NCBI GenBank assembly: GCA_964391795.1
Contig: CAYMNM010000001.1
Span: 1 to 57,101 of the forward strand
DNA from: an uncultured Anaerolineaceae bacterium
Lineage (GTDB): Bacteria; Chloroflexota; Anaerolineae; Anaerolineales; Anaerolineaceae
DNA length: 57,101 nt
Direction of reading: 5' to 3'
Part shown: positions 8,137-17,036 of the stretch, in pieces
How positions within the stretch are numbered: the first letter of the stretch is position 1
Layout: every line of letters begins with the position of its first letter
The notes under the pieces: generated by a model
Database searches by the model: none
The model's input: the letters and a program-made list of their open reading frames with translations, nothing else
What the model was told of the DNA's origin: nothing
Translations under genes and position numbers: made by a program

Positions 8137-9264
8137 CTACTGAATGTATATTCGCGGTAGACGTTCTGCCAATCCAGAAGTAACCTCGTAGTTGATTGTT
8201 TTCCACCGCCTGGCCACTTCGTCCACTGTGATGGATTGCTTGCCCTGGCTGCCAATGAGCACAACCTCATCACCCACTTTAGCACCCTTGACGCGGTCGA
8301 GTTGCAACATGCATTGGTCCATGCACACCCTCCCCACCACATTAACTCGTTTTCCCCCCACCAGGACCTGCTGGTGATTTACTCGCCGGAAGCCATCCCC
8401 ATAGCCAATCGGAATGACTCCAATGGTCTCATTGCGATTGGTAGTGTAAATCGAGCCATAACTTATGCCTTGACCTGGCGGATACTTGTGAATCTGAATT
8501 ATCCTTGCCTTCCAGGAGAGCGCTTGCCTAAAGGCTTTATCAAGCTCCATGCCTGGTGCTGGTGCCATGCCGTAGAGAATATCACCAGGCCGTACCAGGT
8601 TGTACCAGGATTGGGGGAAGTTAAAGATGGCCGCGGAGTTAGCCGCATGCACAAGAGAGGGTTTGAGACCTTCAGCCTCCAGGTCGCACAGTACTTCTTC
8701 AAAACGCGCTATTTGCATGGGCGTGCTTGGATTTTCAGGCTCATCTGCTCGTGCAAAGTGTGTAAAAATTCCGTCAACGGTAACCGGGCTACCCCTTAAT
8801 TCCTTGATGAATGGTTTAACATCCTGCGGTTCCATGCCCAAACGGCCCATGCCGGTTTCAACCTTCACATGGGCATGCAGATTACCACCCAACATTTTCG
8901 CATATTCGATGTATTGCTTGGTTAGACCTGCATCAATCAGAGAGACCGTTATATTTTGTTCAATCGCTTCTGGAATTTTAGCCGGAGGTGTGTATCCCAA
9001 TACAAGGATTTTTGCTGAAATCCCTGCCCGCCTAAGCGCCAGGGCTTCCTCTGTTCGGGCAACACCCAGCCAGGTAGCCCCGCCTGCTATGGCTGCTTGC
9101 GCGCAAGGCCTGGCCCCATGACCGTAGGCATTGGCCTTGATGACCGCCATCACTTCCTTCCCTGTCATTTGTTTGATCAGGGTAGTATTGTCGTGTATGG
9201 CGTTTAAGTCAATTTCTAACCAGGTGGAGTAGCTGTTTATTTCCATAAATGTAAAAACCTGCAA
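8137..9264 (-). CDS. alr: Alanine racemase
   Basis: PLP-lysine motif AVIKANAYGHG, C-terminal VCMDQCML and typical length. Start is ambiguous: TTG 9264 with AAGG upstream, or ATG 9246. Confidence 0.93.
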   Translation of the reverse strand: MQVFTFMEINSYSTWLEIDLNAIHDNTTLIKQMTGKEVMAVIKANAYGHGARPCAQAAIAGGATWLGVARTEEALALRRAGISAKILVLGYTPPAKIPEAIEQNITVSLIDAGLTKQYIEYAKMLGGNLHAHVKVETGMGRLGMEPQDVKPFIKELRGSPVTVDGIFTHFARADEPENPSTPMQIARFEEVLCDLEAEGLKPSLVHAANSAAIFNFPQSWYNLVRPGDILYGMAPAPGMELDKAFRQALSWKARIIQIHKYPPGQGISYGSIYTTNRNETIGVIPIGYGDGFRRVNHQQVLVGGKRVNVVGRVCMDQCMLQLDRVKGAKVGDEVVLIGSQGKQSITVDEVARRWKTINYEVTSGLAERLPRIYIQ

Positions 9265-9294
9265 GAATTATACCTTGCGGATAATCAATTATTT

Positions 9295-10215
9295 TCAAGG
9301 GTTTAACGGCACAAGTTTACCAATCACTACATATCGCGAGTCCTCAGTCGCGTAATCACAAGTAAAAAAAGAAACAATCCTATCCTCACCAGAGATAACA
9401 ACTTCGCTCTTAAAATTACTTAATCGTCTGGCCTCACTGATGTAGTTATCCCTGATCTCTGGGGTATCAAAATTGAAGTAAATCTGACCAATTTTCTGGG
9501 GCGTCGTCAAATACCCGGCTATCACTTCAACCCTGAACACTTGATCCTTGGTCAGTATATATATGGACCTGTGGTCGTCGTAGTAACTGGGATCCTTATA
9601 AAGCTCGAGATCATTGAACATCGAACCGTCTTTCATGTTATGACCGTAGATAAGCGTATGCGCATCACTGAAATCGCGTTTGTTATGGTAATCCATGAAA
9701 ATAGAGCCCAGCTTATTTACTTCATTATTAACAAGGCGGTTTAAGTAATAATAATTATCCCTGCCCTGCACGAGGGGATAGTTAATTCTGGTATTCTCAC
9801 TCAAAATCCAACCCACAGCATCCGGATTTATGCCTGTCAGGCGGTCAAAGTTAATGCTAAGTAGCTTGCGTATGCGTTTGTAATCCAATTGGTCTTCTGA
9901 TGGTAAAGTAGAAAGTTTGCTCGTGCTTGTTCCACTAATCTCACCCTTTTGGTCGCCTGATTTAGCAATTATCTGGTTTTGGTCACCATTTTGTGCCTCT
10001 TGACCAGTAGTTGCCAAACTCTCACCTTGCACAATCACAGCCTCAGCTATAGTATCGTAGGCATTTACACCAGTACGATAAGCCTGGTATTCTCTCACAA
10101 ATAAAAAACCGCTAACAATTGCGATTATTAGAAAGAAAAAGCTAAAGCCTCGTAGAATCTGGGTTTTTGTTGATTCTCCTTTACCTTCTTTCTTGCGTGC
10201 TGATTTACTTAGCAT
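9295..10215 (-). CDS. srtB: Class B sortase (membrane-anchored transpeptidase)
   Basis: N-terminal TM anchor, then NYPLVQG...YYLN, LIYGHNMKDGSMF (catalytic His) and FFTCDY (catalytic Cys). Confidence 0.8.
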   Translation of the reverse strand: MLSKSARKKEGKGESTKTQILRGFSFFFLIIAIVSGFLFVREYQAYRTGVNAYDTIAEAVIVQGESLATTGQEAQNGDQNQIIAKSGDQKGEISGTSTSKLSTLPSEDQLDYKRIRKLLSINFDRLTGINPDAVGWILSENTRINYPLVQGRDNYYYLNRLVNNEVNKLGSIFMDYHNKRDFSDAHTLIYGHNMKDGSMFNDLELYKDPSYYDDHRSIYILTKDQVFRVEVIAGYLTTPQKIGQIYFNFDTPEIRDNYISEARRLSNFKSEVVISGEDRIVSFFTCDYATEDSRYVVIGKLVPLNP

Positions 10216-10279
10216 TCAATCCCCATGTTAGCGTCGCTCATATTTCTATTGGAATTTCCCATCGGCAATTCTATCGCAT

Positions 10280-10378
10280 AATTTTGCCTTACTGGCAGGC
10301 CTAACGTTTGCCGCGCTCTATGGGCTTGTGATAAACTCGAAGACTAGAATAGAAAAATAAGGCAAAATTGCCTTTTTT
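10280..10378 (+). promoter_or_regulatory. Candidate structured leader upstream of metH (mutually exclusive helices)
   Basis: AATTTTGCCTTA (10280-10291) is the exact reverse complement of TAAGGCAAAATT (10358-10369). The latter can instead form hairpin AAGGCA-AAAT-TGCCTT (10359-10374) followed by TTTT, just before the SD GAGGTG. Confidence 0.3.
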
Positions 10379-10388
10379 GAGGTGATTA

Positions 10389-13300
10389 ATGACAACTGTC
10401 AAAACTTCATACTTGGACGCGCTAAAGGACAGAGTTCTTGTCTTTGACGGCGCAATGGGTACCTCACTACAACTAATGAAGCTCGGACCAAAAGAGTTCG
10501 GCAGCCCTGACTTGGTTGGCTGTAATGATGTTCTTGTTCTCAATTATCCCAGCGCTGTTGAACAAGTACATCGCGCTTTCCTTGAAGCTGGAGCAGACGT
10601 CCTTGAAACTGATACTTTCCGTGCCAATCGCCTCACACTGGCAGATTATCACCTTGAAGACCGCACGATGGAGCTAAATCGCACCGCAGCCAGCCTTGCA
10701 CGCCGTGTTGCCGACCAGTTTTCCAGCTCTACACATCCTCGCTTTGTGGCTGGCTCGATTGGGCCATCTGGAAAATTAATTTCTACCGATGATCCACAAA
10801 TGTCCAACGTAAGCTTTGATGAATTGGCAGAAATTTTCCGCGAGCAAGCTCGCGGTCTTGTCCAGGGCGGTGTTGATCTCCTTCTCGTCGAAACATCTCA
10901 GGACATACTTGAGGTGAAAGCAGCTATTGAAGGTATTCACCGCGCCTTCAAGGATGAAGACACCATCCTGCCCATCCAGGCACAGGTAACCCTTGACCTC
11001 ACCGGCAAGATGCTACTTGGTACCGACATCACTGCAGCGCTTTCAATACTTGAAGGCATTGGCATTAATGTCATTGGCATGAACTGTTCCACTGGTCCTG
11101 ACCAGATGCGTCCATCGGTTGAATACCTCGCAGAACACACAAATCTACCCATCTCATGCATCCCTAATGCCGGCTTACCGATGAATGTCAACGGTGAAGC
11201 AGTCTACCCGATGGAAGCCGAACCATTCTCAGATGTTTTGGCAGATTACGTCAAAACCTACGGCGTTCGCGTGGTAGGCGGTTGCTGCGGTACCAAACCA
11301 GAACACATCCAGGCTTTGGCCTCCAAAATCCACGGGCTGCAGCCCACCCAACGCCCGGTGGAACCGATCCCATCGCTGGCTTCCTCCACGCAGGCCGTTG
11401 CTCTTGAGCAAATACCCGTTCCCTTCATCATTGGTGAGCGCCTGAATGCTCAAGGTTCACGCAATTTCAAAAAGATGCTCATGGCTGAGGACTACGAGGC
11501 CATGGTGCAATTGGCAAGAGACCAGGTTGATAACGGTGCACATGGGCTGGATATTAGCGTAGCCGTGACCGAACGTTCTGACGAAAAAGAGATGATGACG
11601 CGCCTGGTTAAGCGCCTTACTTTGGAAGTTCCCGTTCCACTTATCATCGACTCCACCGAACCGGATGTTATCGAAGCTGCCTTGCAAATCATCCCTGGCC
11701 GCTCATTGATTAATTCCACCCATTTTGAATCCGGCGAAGCCAAAAGCCGCCGCATCTTCAGAATGGCCAAGGACTACTCAGCCGCGGTTTTGTGCCTGAC
11801 CATCGACGAAAAAGGCATGGCCAAGACTGCTGAGCGTAAACTTGAAATTGCCAGACGGCTCTACGAAATGGCGATAACGGAATTCAACCTGCGGCCCGAA
11901 GACCTGGTTTTTGACGACCTCACTTTCACGCTTGCCACTGGCGAAGCCGAATATGCTGATTCAGCTATTGAAACTCTAAAAGGTCTCACCCTTATCAAAG
12001 AAAGCTTGCCCGGTGTGCATACCTCACTGGGGGTCAGTAATGTTTCATTTGGACTTTCGCCAGCTGCTCGCAAGGCCGTCAACAGCATTTTCCTCTACCA
12101 TTGTACACAGGCAGGTTTGGACATGGCCATCGTAAATGCCGCCCAAATCAAACCTTACGCAGAGATTCCCCAGGAACAGAGGGATTTGGTTGAAGCTCTA
12201 ATCTTCAACAAACATGAGCAAGCCCTGGCAGATCTGATTGCATATTTTGACGCTCACTCAAGCCAGGACGATGCTTCAGACTCCAAAGCTGATCCATTCG
12301 AAGGCTTGGGACCCGACGAACGCTTGAAGAAACGTGTTCTCACCCGTCACAAACAGGGTGTTGAAGCTGATATTGACGAAATGCTGGCGCGTGACCCACT
12401 AAAGCCAACAGGTGAGAAAGCAGTTGGGATTCTCAATAATGTTTTACTGCCCGCCATGAAAGAAGTCGGTGACCGCTTTGGCGCAGGAGAATTGATTTTG
12501 CCTTTCGTCCTGCAAAGCGCTGAAGTCATGAAAAAGTCAGTCGGTTATCTCGAAAACTTCCTGGATAAAGCCAGTGGCACATCCAAAGGAAAATTGGTGC
12601 TAGCCACTGTATATGGCGATGTTCATGACATCGGTAAGAATCTTGTCAAAACTATTCTCAGCAATAATGGTTATGAAGTGGTTGACCTGGGCAAACAAGT
12701 ACCCGCTGAAGAAATCATCAAATCCGCTGTTGAGCAAAACGCGGATGCTATTGGCCTATCTGCCTTGCTGGTCTCCACCAGCAAACAGATGCCATTCATT
12801 GTCAACGAACTGCAACGCCGAAAGCTAAATATTCCCGTCCTAATTGGTGGGGCTGCCATCAATCCGCGCTTCGGATGGCGCATCCTGCAAACTGATGATG
12901 GTGAGTTTTATGCACCAGGTGTTTTCTACTGCAAGGATGCCTTTGAAGGTCTTTCTGTCATGGATCAGCTTAGTCGCCCGGAATCACAAGCTACCTTGAT
13001 CGCAGACACCCGTAGAAAAGCTGAGCATGAGCTTGGTGTGGCTGCAAAAGCAACTGCTCGCCCAAGTACAAGCAGAAAGAGCAGCGTCAAACCTGCTACC
13101 TTCATTCCTGAAGTAAAAACCTGGGGTGCCCGCGTTGTCAAGGATATTCCTCTGCAGGCAATCTCACCGCATTTGAACCTCAATGAGCTCTATCGCCTCT
13201 CCTGGGGGGCAAAAAACACACACGGCCAAGCCTGGCTGGACCTTCAGAAAGAATTCGACGCCCGGCGTGACCGCATGCTTGCCCAGGCTAAAAAAGAGGG

Positions 13301-13895
13301 CTGGCTGAAACCTCAGGCTGTTTATGGTTACTGGCCAGTCCTTGCCGATAGGGAAGAGTTGGTTGTTTATGACCCCGAAACAATTTCCAGCCCAAACCCG
13401 CAGGAATTGACCCGCCTTTTGTTACCGCGTCAAGCCAGTGGAGAAGGCCTTTCCCTTGCAGATTACTTCCTTGAGCTTGGTTCAGATCGCTTTGACATAT
13501 TGCCTTTGCAGGTGGTTACCGTTTCTGATGTGGCCGCCAGGCAGGTCGCAGAATTGGAAGCTAAACACGATTATTCAGAGTCATACTTCACCCATGGGCT
13601 GGCTGTTCAAATGGCCGAAGCCACAGCTGATTATCTGCATAACCACATCCGCCGGGAGCTTGGCCTGCAGCCCAACCAGGGCTTGCGCTACTCCTGGGGT
13701 TATCCATCCATTCCTGATCTGCCGGATCATGCCAAGGTCTTCCAACTTTTACCAGCTTCAGAAGCCCTGGGCATGAGCCTGACCAGCGCCTTTCAATTGG
13801 TGCCCGAGCAGTCGACAGCGGCCATGATTCTCCACCATCCCGAAGCCCGTTATTTTAACGTTGGCATCAGCCGGGTGGATCAACTTTTGAGCTGA
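10389..13895 (+). CDS. metH: Cobalamin-dependent methionine synthase
   Basis: Full five-module layout. Hcy-binding module (GGCCGT), pterin-binding module, cap plus B12-binding module with DVHDIGKN, and the AdoMet reactivation domain. 1168 aa. Confidence 0.97.
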   Translation: MTTVKTSYLDALKDRVLVFDGAMGTSLQLMKLGPKEFGSPDLVGCNDVLVLNYPSAVEQVHRAFLEAGADVLETDTFRANRLTLADYHLEDRTMELNRTAASLARRVADQFSSSTHPRFVAGSIGPSGKLISTDDPQMSNVSFDELAEIFREQARGLVQGGVDLLLVETSQDILEVKAAIEGIHRAFKDEDTILPIQAQVTLDLTGKMLLGTDITAALSILEGIGINVIGMNCSTGPDQMRPSVEYLAEHTNLPISCIPNAGLPMNVNGEAVYPMEAEPFSDVLADYVKTYGVRVVGGCCGTKPEHIQALASKIHGLQPTQRPVEPIPSLASSTQAVALEQIPVPFIIGERLNAQGSRNFKKMLMAEDYEAMVQLARDQVDNGAHGLDISVAVTERSDEKEMMTRLVKRLTLEVPVPLIIDSTEPDVIEAALQIIPGRSLINSTHFESGEAKSRRIFRMAKDYSAAVLCLTIDEKGMAKTAERKLEIARRLYEMAITEFNLRPEDLVFDDLTFTLATGEAEYADSAIETLKGLTLIKESLPGVHTSLGVSNVSFGLSPAARKAVNSIFLYHCTQAGLDMAIVNAAQIKPYAEIPQEQRDLVEALIFNKHEQALADLIAYFDAHSSQDDASDSKADPFEGLGPDERLKKRVLTRHKQGVEADIDEMLARDPLKPTGEKAVGILNNVLLPAMKEVGDRFGAGELILPFVLQSAEVMKKSVGYLENFLDKASGTSKGKLVLATVYGDVHDIGKNLVKTILSNNGYEVVDLGKQVPAEEIIKSAVEQNADAIGLSALLVSTSKQMPFIVNELQRRKLNIPVLIGGAAINPRFGWRILQTDDGEFYAPGVFYCKDAFEGLSVMDQLSRPESQATLIADTRRKAEHELGVAAKATARPSTSRKSSVKPATFIPEVKTWGARVVKDIPLQAISPHLNLNELYRLSWGAKNTHGQAWLDLQKEFDARRDRMLAQAKKEGWLKPQAVYGYWPVLADREELVVYDPETISSPNPQELTRLLLPRQASGEGLSLADYFLELGSDRFDILPLQVVTVSDVAARQVAELEAKHDYSESYFTHGLAVQMAEATADYLHNHIRRELGLQPNQGLRYSWGYPSIPDLPDHAKVFQLLPASEALGMSLTSAFQLVPEQSTAAMILHHPEARYFNVGISRVDQLLS

Positions 13896-13983
13896 CGGAA
13901 CCATTCACTGCGCTTGGACGTCTCTCTATAGAGCCTGCAAAACCAGGTCTGTTAAACGTGTAGAATTAACTTAGAGGTGCATA

Positions 13984-15183
13984 ATGAAAAAGATCTCTCC
14001 GCTGTTCCTGATTATTTTGATTACGTCGATCCTGATTTCTGCCTGTGTGCCTGTGGCAACGCCCTCCGCAGACAGCATCCAGACCATGGTTGTCGCAACC
14101 CTGACGGCAGCAGCCGCCCTTGAACCTACTGAAACGGCCACCCCGCAACCCACCGAAACCCAATTACCTCCAACCCCCGAACCAACTAAGGAAGTAATAA
14201 TTTTTGGGCCGGACAACTTCCCTGAGGATGTCAACCCCCTGACAGGCGAAAAAGTTGATGACCCTGCTCTGCTTAACCGACGTCCGGTTTTGATAAAAGT
14301 CTCCAACTTCCCTGCTTCCGGCCGGCCGCACGCCGGGCTTTCTTACGCAGATATTGTTTTTGCATATGCCATGCCCGGGATGATGAGTCGCTACATTGGT
14401 CTCTATTATGGCAAGGATTCAAACCAAATCGGGCCAGTGCGTTCCACTCGCCTCATCGACCCTGAAATTGTCCAACTCTACCAGGGGATCCTTGGAACCA
14501 GCGGTGGCGACTACATCAATGTGCTCCCCAAGGTTTACAACCTGCTTGGCAACCGTTACGTTTTTCAGGGGCTCTGCCCTGGCATCTGTGATGATGGACA
14601 TGGTTGGGTCACCACCGTTTTTGGCGACTCAGCCGCTATTACCCAATTTAGAGTGGCCAACGGTGAAGTCCCTCAAAAGTATGACCTCACAGGTATGCTT
14701 TTCAACGACGAGGCTCCGACCGGAGGGGCACACACACCTAAGATAAGCTTTAATTTCAGTACGTCCGATAAAAGCGATTGGACCTACGACTCCGCCACAG
14801 GCAAATATCAGCGGTGGATTGACAATGCCCCCAATTACGATGAAATGATCCCGCTTGTCGATCGTCTCACTGAAAAGCAGTTAGCGTTCTCCAATGTCAT
14901 CATTATTGAAGCAAATTACGGCTGGTATGACATTAATCTCTTCACTACTGATATTCTCGGCAACCTGGCTGGGCAAAAGGCCAAATTCTTGCGCGACGGT
15001 AAGCTTTATGAAGGCAGTTGGAGGGTCACAGATCCAAACAAGCCCATCCAATTCTTTGACAGTCAGGGTAATCTCTTCCCGCTCAAACCTGGAAACACCT
15101 GGATCAACATCACAGGCACCAATACCGAGTACACAACCCTCAATGAGGTTCCAGTTATAAATTTCAGAGAGCCAGGTTTGTAA
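13984..15183 (+). CDS. DUF3048-family secreted lipoprotein (YerB-like)
   Basis: Lipoprotein signal ILISAC, Pro/Thr linker, then RRPVLIKVSNFPASGRPHAGLSYADIVF, which resembles the DUF3048 core. SD GAGGTG precedes the ATG. Confidence 0.75.
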   Translation: MKKISPLFLIILITSILISACVPVATPSADSIQTMVVATLTAAAALEPTETATPQPTETQLPPTPEPTKEVIIFGPDNFPEDVNPLTGEKVDDPALLNRRPVLIKVSNFPASGRPHAGLSYADIVFAYAMPGMMSRYIGLYYGKDSNQIGPVRSTRLIDPEIVQLYQGILGTSGGDYINVLPKVYNLLGNRYVFQGLCPGICDDGHGWVTTVFGDSAAITQFRVANGEVPQKYDLTGMLFNDEAPTGGAHTPKISFNFSTSDKSDWTYDSATGKYQRWIDNAPNYDEMIPLVDRLTEKQLAFSNVIIIEANYGWYDINLFTTDILGNLAGQKAKFLRDGKLYEGSWRVTDPNKPIQFFDSQGNLFPLKPGNTWINITGTNTEYTTLNEVPVINFREPGL

Positions 15184-15191
15184 GCTTCCTT

Positions 15192-15917
15192 ATGCGGACC
15201 CTGGTCCTTTCTGACATTCATGCAAATCTGACCGCGCTTGAAGCGGTCATCAAAGACGCGGCCATTTTTGACCGCGTCTTTTGCCTTGGAGATGTGGTAG
15301 GTTATGGACCGGACCCAAACGAATGTATCAGCCTATTACAAGCACTACCTCAACTAAACGTAATTATGGGCAATCACGATGCTGCCCTCAGCGGCCTCAT
15401 TGAAGTAGATAATTTTAATTACGACGCCCGGAAAGCCTTAATAGTGCAAGCTTCTCAAATCTCTGCCACCAATCGGGACTGGTTGGAACTGCTCGATCTT
15501 AAAAAAAACACCGCGGAAATCCACATGGCACATGGTAGCCCACGCAACCCTATCTGGGAATACCTACTCAACAACCTGATAGCCCTTGATAATTTTTCCG
15601 CTTTTGAAACGCAGGTCTGCCTGATCGGTCACACGCATGTCCCAAGCATTTTTGAGCTAATCGATGGGCACAGAGTGCGTCTCTTGCTCCCTGAACAAGG
15701 TGATCTTTGGCGGTCCGAAAAACGCTTTATTCTCAACCCCGGTTCTGTTGGCCAACCGCGAGACGGAAACCCCAAAGCTTCTTATGTTATTTATGACGAT
15801 ATTGAAAAAACCTGGCAGTTTCGACGCGTAACCTACGACATATCTGCTGTTCAAGAGCGCATGCGTACCCTTCACTTGCCTTCCAAACATATTGAACGCC
15901 TTGAACGAGGTGTTTAA
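15192..15917 (+). CDS. Metallophosphoesterase-family protein (YfcE/MJ0936-like)
   Basis: LVLSDIHAN, GDVVGYGPDP, GNHD, GHTH and NPGSVGQPRD are the calcineurin-like phosphoesterase motifs. Confidence 0.85.
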   Translation: MRTLVLSDIHANLTALEAVIKDAAIFDRVFCLGDVVGYGPDPNECISLLQALPQLNVIMGNHDAALSGLIEVDNFNYDARKALIVQASQISATNRDWLELLDLKKNTAEIHMAHGSPRNPIWEYLLNNLIALDNFSAFETQVCLIGHTHVPSIFELIDGHRVRLLLPEQGDLWRSEKRFILNPGSVGQPRDGNPKASYVIYDDIEKTWQFRRVTYDISAVQERMRTLHLPSKHIERLERGV

Positions 15918-15990
15918 AAACCAAAGGAACTAATTGCTGGACTCTGGCGTTAATAATCTGTAAGAAGTTAACAAACAGGACAGGAGAAAT

Positions 15991-16986
15991 ATGAAGAAGA
16001 AATTGCTAATAGTAATTATAGTGTTGATGCTCACCCTCACCGCGTGCGCAAAATCCCAATCCTCTTCCCAAGCTGAACCGATGCTCGCGGACCGTGAAAC
16101 AAGTATGAATTATGGCAAGGCAATTGAAGCCCCCGCGGCTGAATCTTTCGCGCCGCAAGCCCCAGTTCCAGGCCAACCTCCCACTACCGAACGAATGGTC
16201 ATTCGTTCGGCTTCAATGAAGGTTTCTGTGGCAGATCCCGCCCAATCCATGCAAACCGTGCAAGGCCTTGCTAACAGTTTGGGAGGTTATGTGGTCAATT
16301 CTGAAGTTGGTAATGCTAGCGACAGCGCCGGTGTCGTCTATACCACCAGCTCCATCACCATCCGGGTACCTGCTGAAAAGTTAGATGAAGCCATGGCACA
16401 AATTAGAGCCTTGGCAGCCGATCCAAAAAACGGCGTCATCTCCGAAAGTGTATCAGGCCAGGATGTTACTTCTGAATACGTCGATTCAGAATCACGCTTG
16501 AACAACTTGAAAGCTGCTGAAAAACAATTACAGGAATTACTTGAAAAAGCAACCGACCTGGAATATACGGTCGAGATTTTCAGAGAACTTACCAATATTC
16601 GTGGTCAGATTGAAGTTCTGCAAGGACAGATGAAGTACTTGAAAGAATCCTCGCAACTCTCCTCGATTTCAGTCTGGTTTGTTGCTGAAGCCTCCTTAAA
16701 GCCGATTGAAATTGGCGGATGGAAGCCGGCCGGAGCTGCTCGCGAAGCAGTACAGGCGCTAATTAACGCGGCTCAGGGTCTGGGAACATTCCTAATCTGG
16801 TTTGCCATCGCCTGGCTGCCCTTCTTAATCCCGCTCGGGTTAATTGCCTATTTTGTCATCAAAGCTGTCCGCAAAGCCAGAGCCAAACGTCAAGCCGAGA
16901 AACTAAAAGCGTATTACTACGCGCAGCCCACCCAAACTTTTACTGCCAACGAGCCCGTTACGCCAGAAGAACCGGAACAAAAGTAA
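15991..16986 (+). CDS. DUF4349-family lipoprotein with coiled coil and C-terminal TM helices
   Basis: Signal LTLTAC. Central ITIRVPAEKLDEAM...DVTSEYVDSESRLNNLKAAEKQL and two C-terminal hydrophobic helices, as I recall for DUF4349. Confidence 0.7.
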   Translation: MKKKLLIVIIVLMLTLTACAKSQSSSQAEPMLADRETSMNYGKAIEAPAAESFAPQAPVPGQPPTTERMVIRSASMKVSVADPAQSMQTVQGLANSLGGYVVNSEVGNASDSAGVVYTTSSITIRVPAEKLDEAMAQIRALAADPKNGVISESVSGQDVTSEYVDSESRLNNLKAAEKQLQELLEKATDLEYTVEIFRELTNIRGQIEVLQGQMKYLKESSQLSSISVWFVAEASLKPIEIGGWKPAGAAREAVQALINAAQGLGTFLIWFAIAWLPFLIPLGLIAYFVIKAVRKARAKRQAEKLKAYYYAQPTQTFTANEPVTPEEPEQK

Positions 16987-17002
16987 GATTGACTTAGTTT
17001 CT

Positions 17003-17036
17003 GCAAACGATCACCTTTTGGTGGTCGTTTGTATTT
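17003..17036. terminator. Bidirectional hairpin between convergent genes
   Basis: CAAACGATCACC-TTTT-GGTGGTCGTTTG (12 bp with one G-U pair) followed by TATTT. Lies between the DUF4349 stop (16986) and the GH36 stop (17035). Confidence 0.6.

Noticed and set aside
8192-9121. Long antisense ORFs inside alr (61, 187 and 173 aa).
   Set aside because: They are opposite-strand shadows of a well-supported alr gene, with Ser/Arg/Cys-rich low-complexity translations and no start-site signals.
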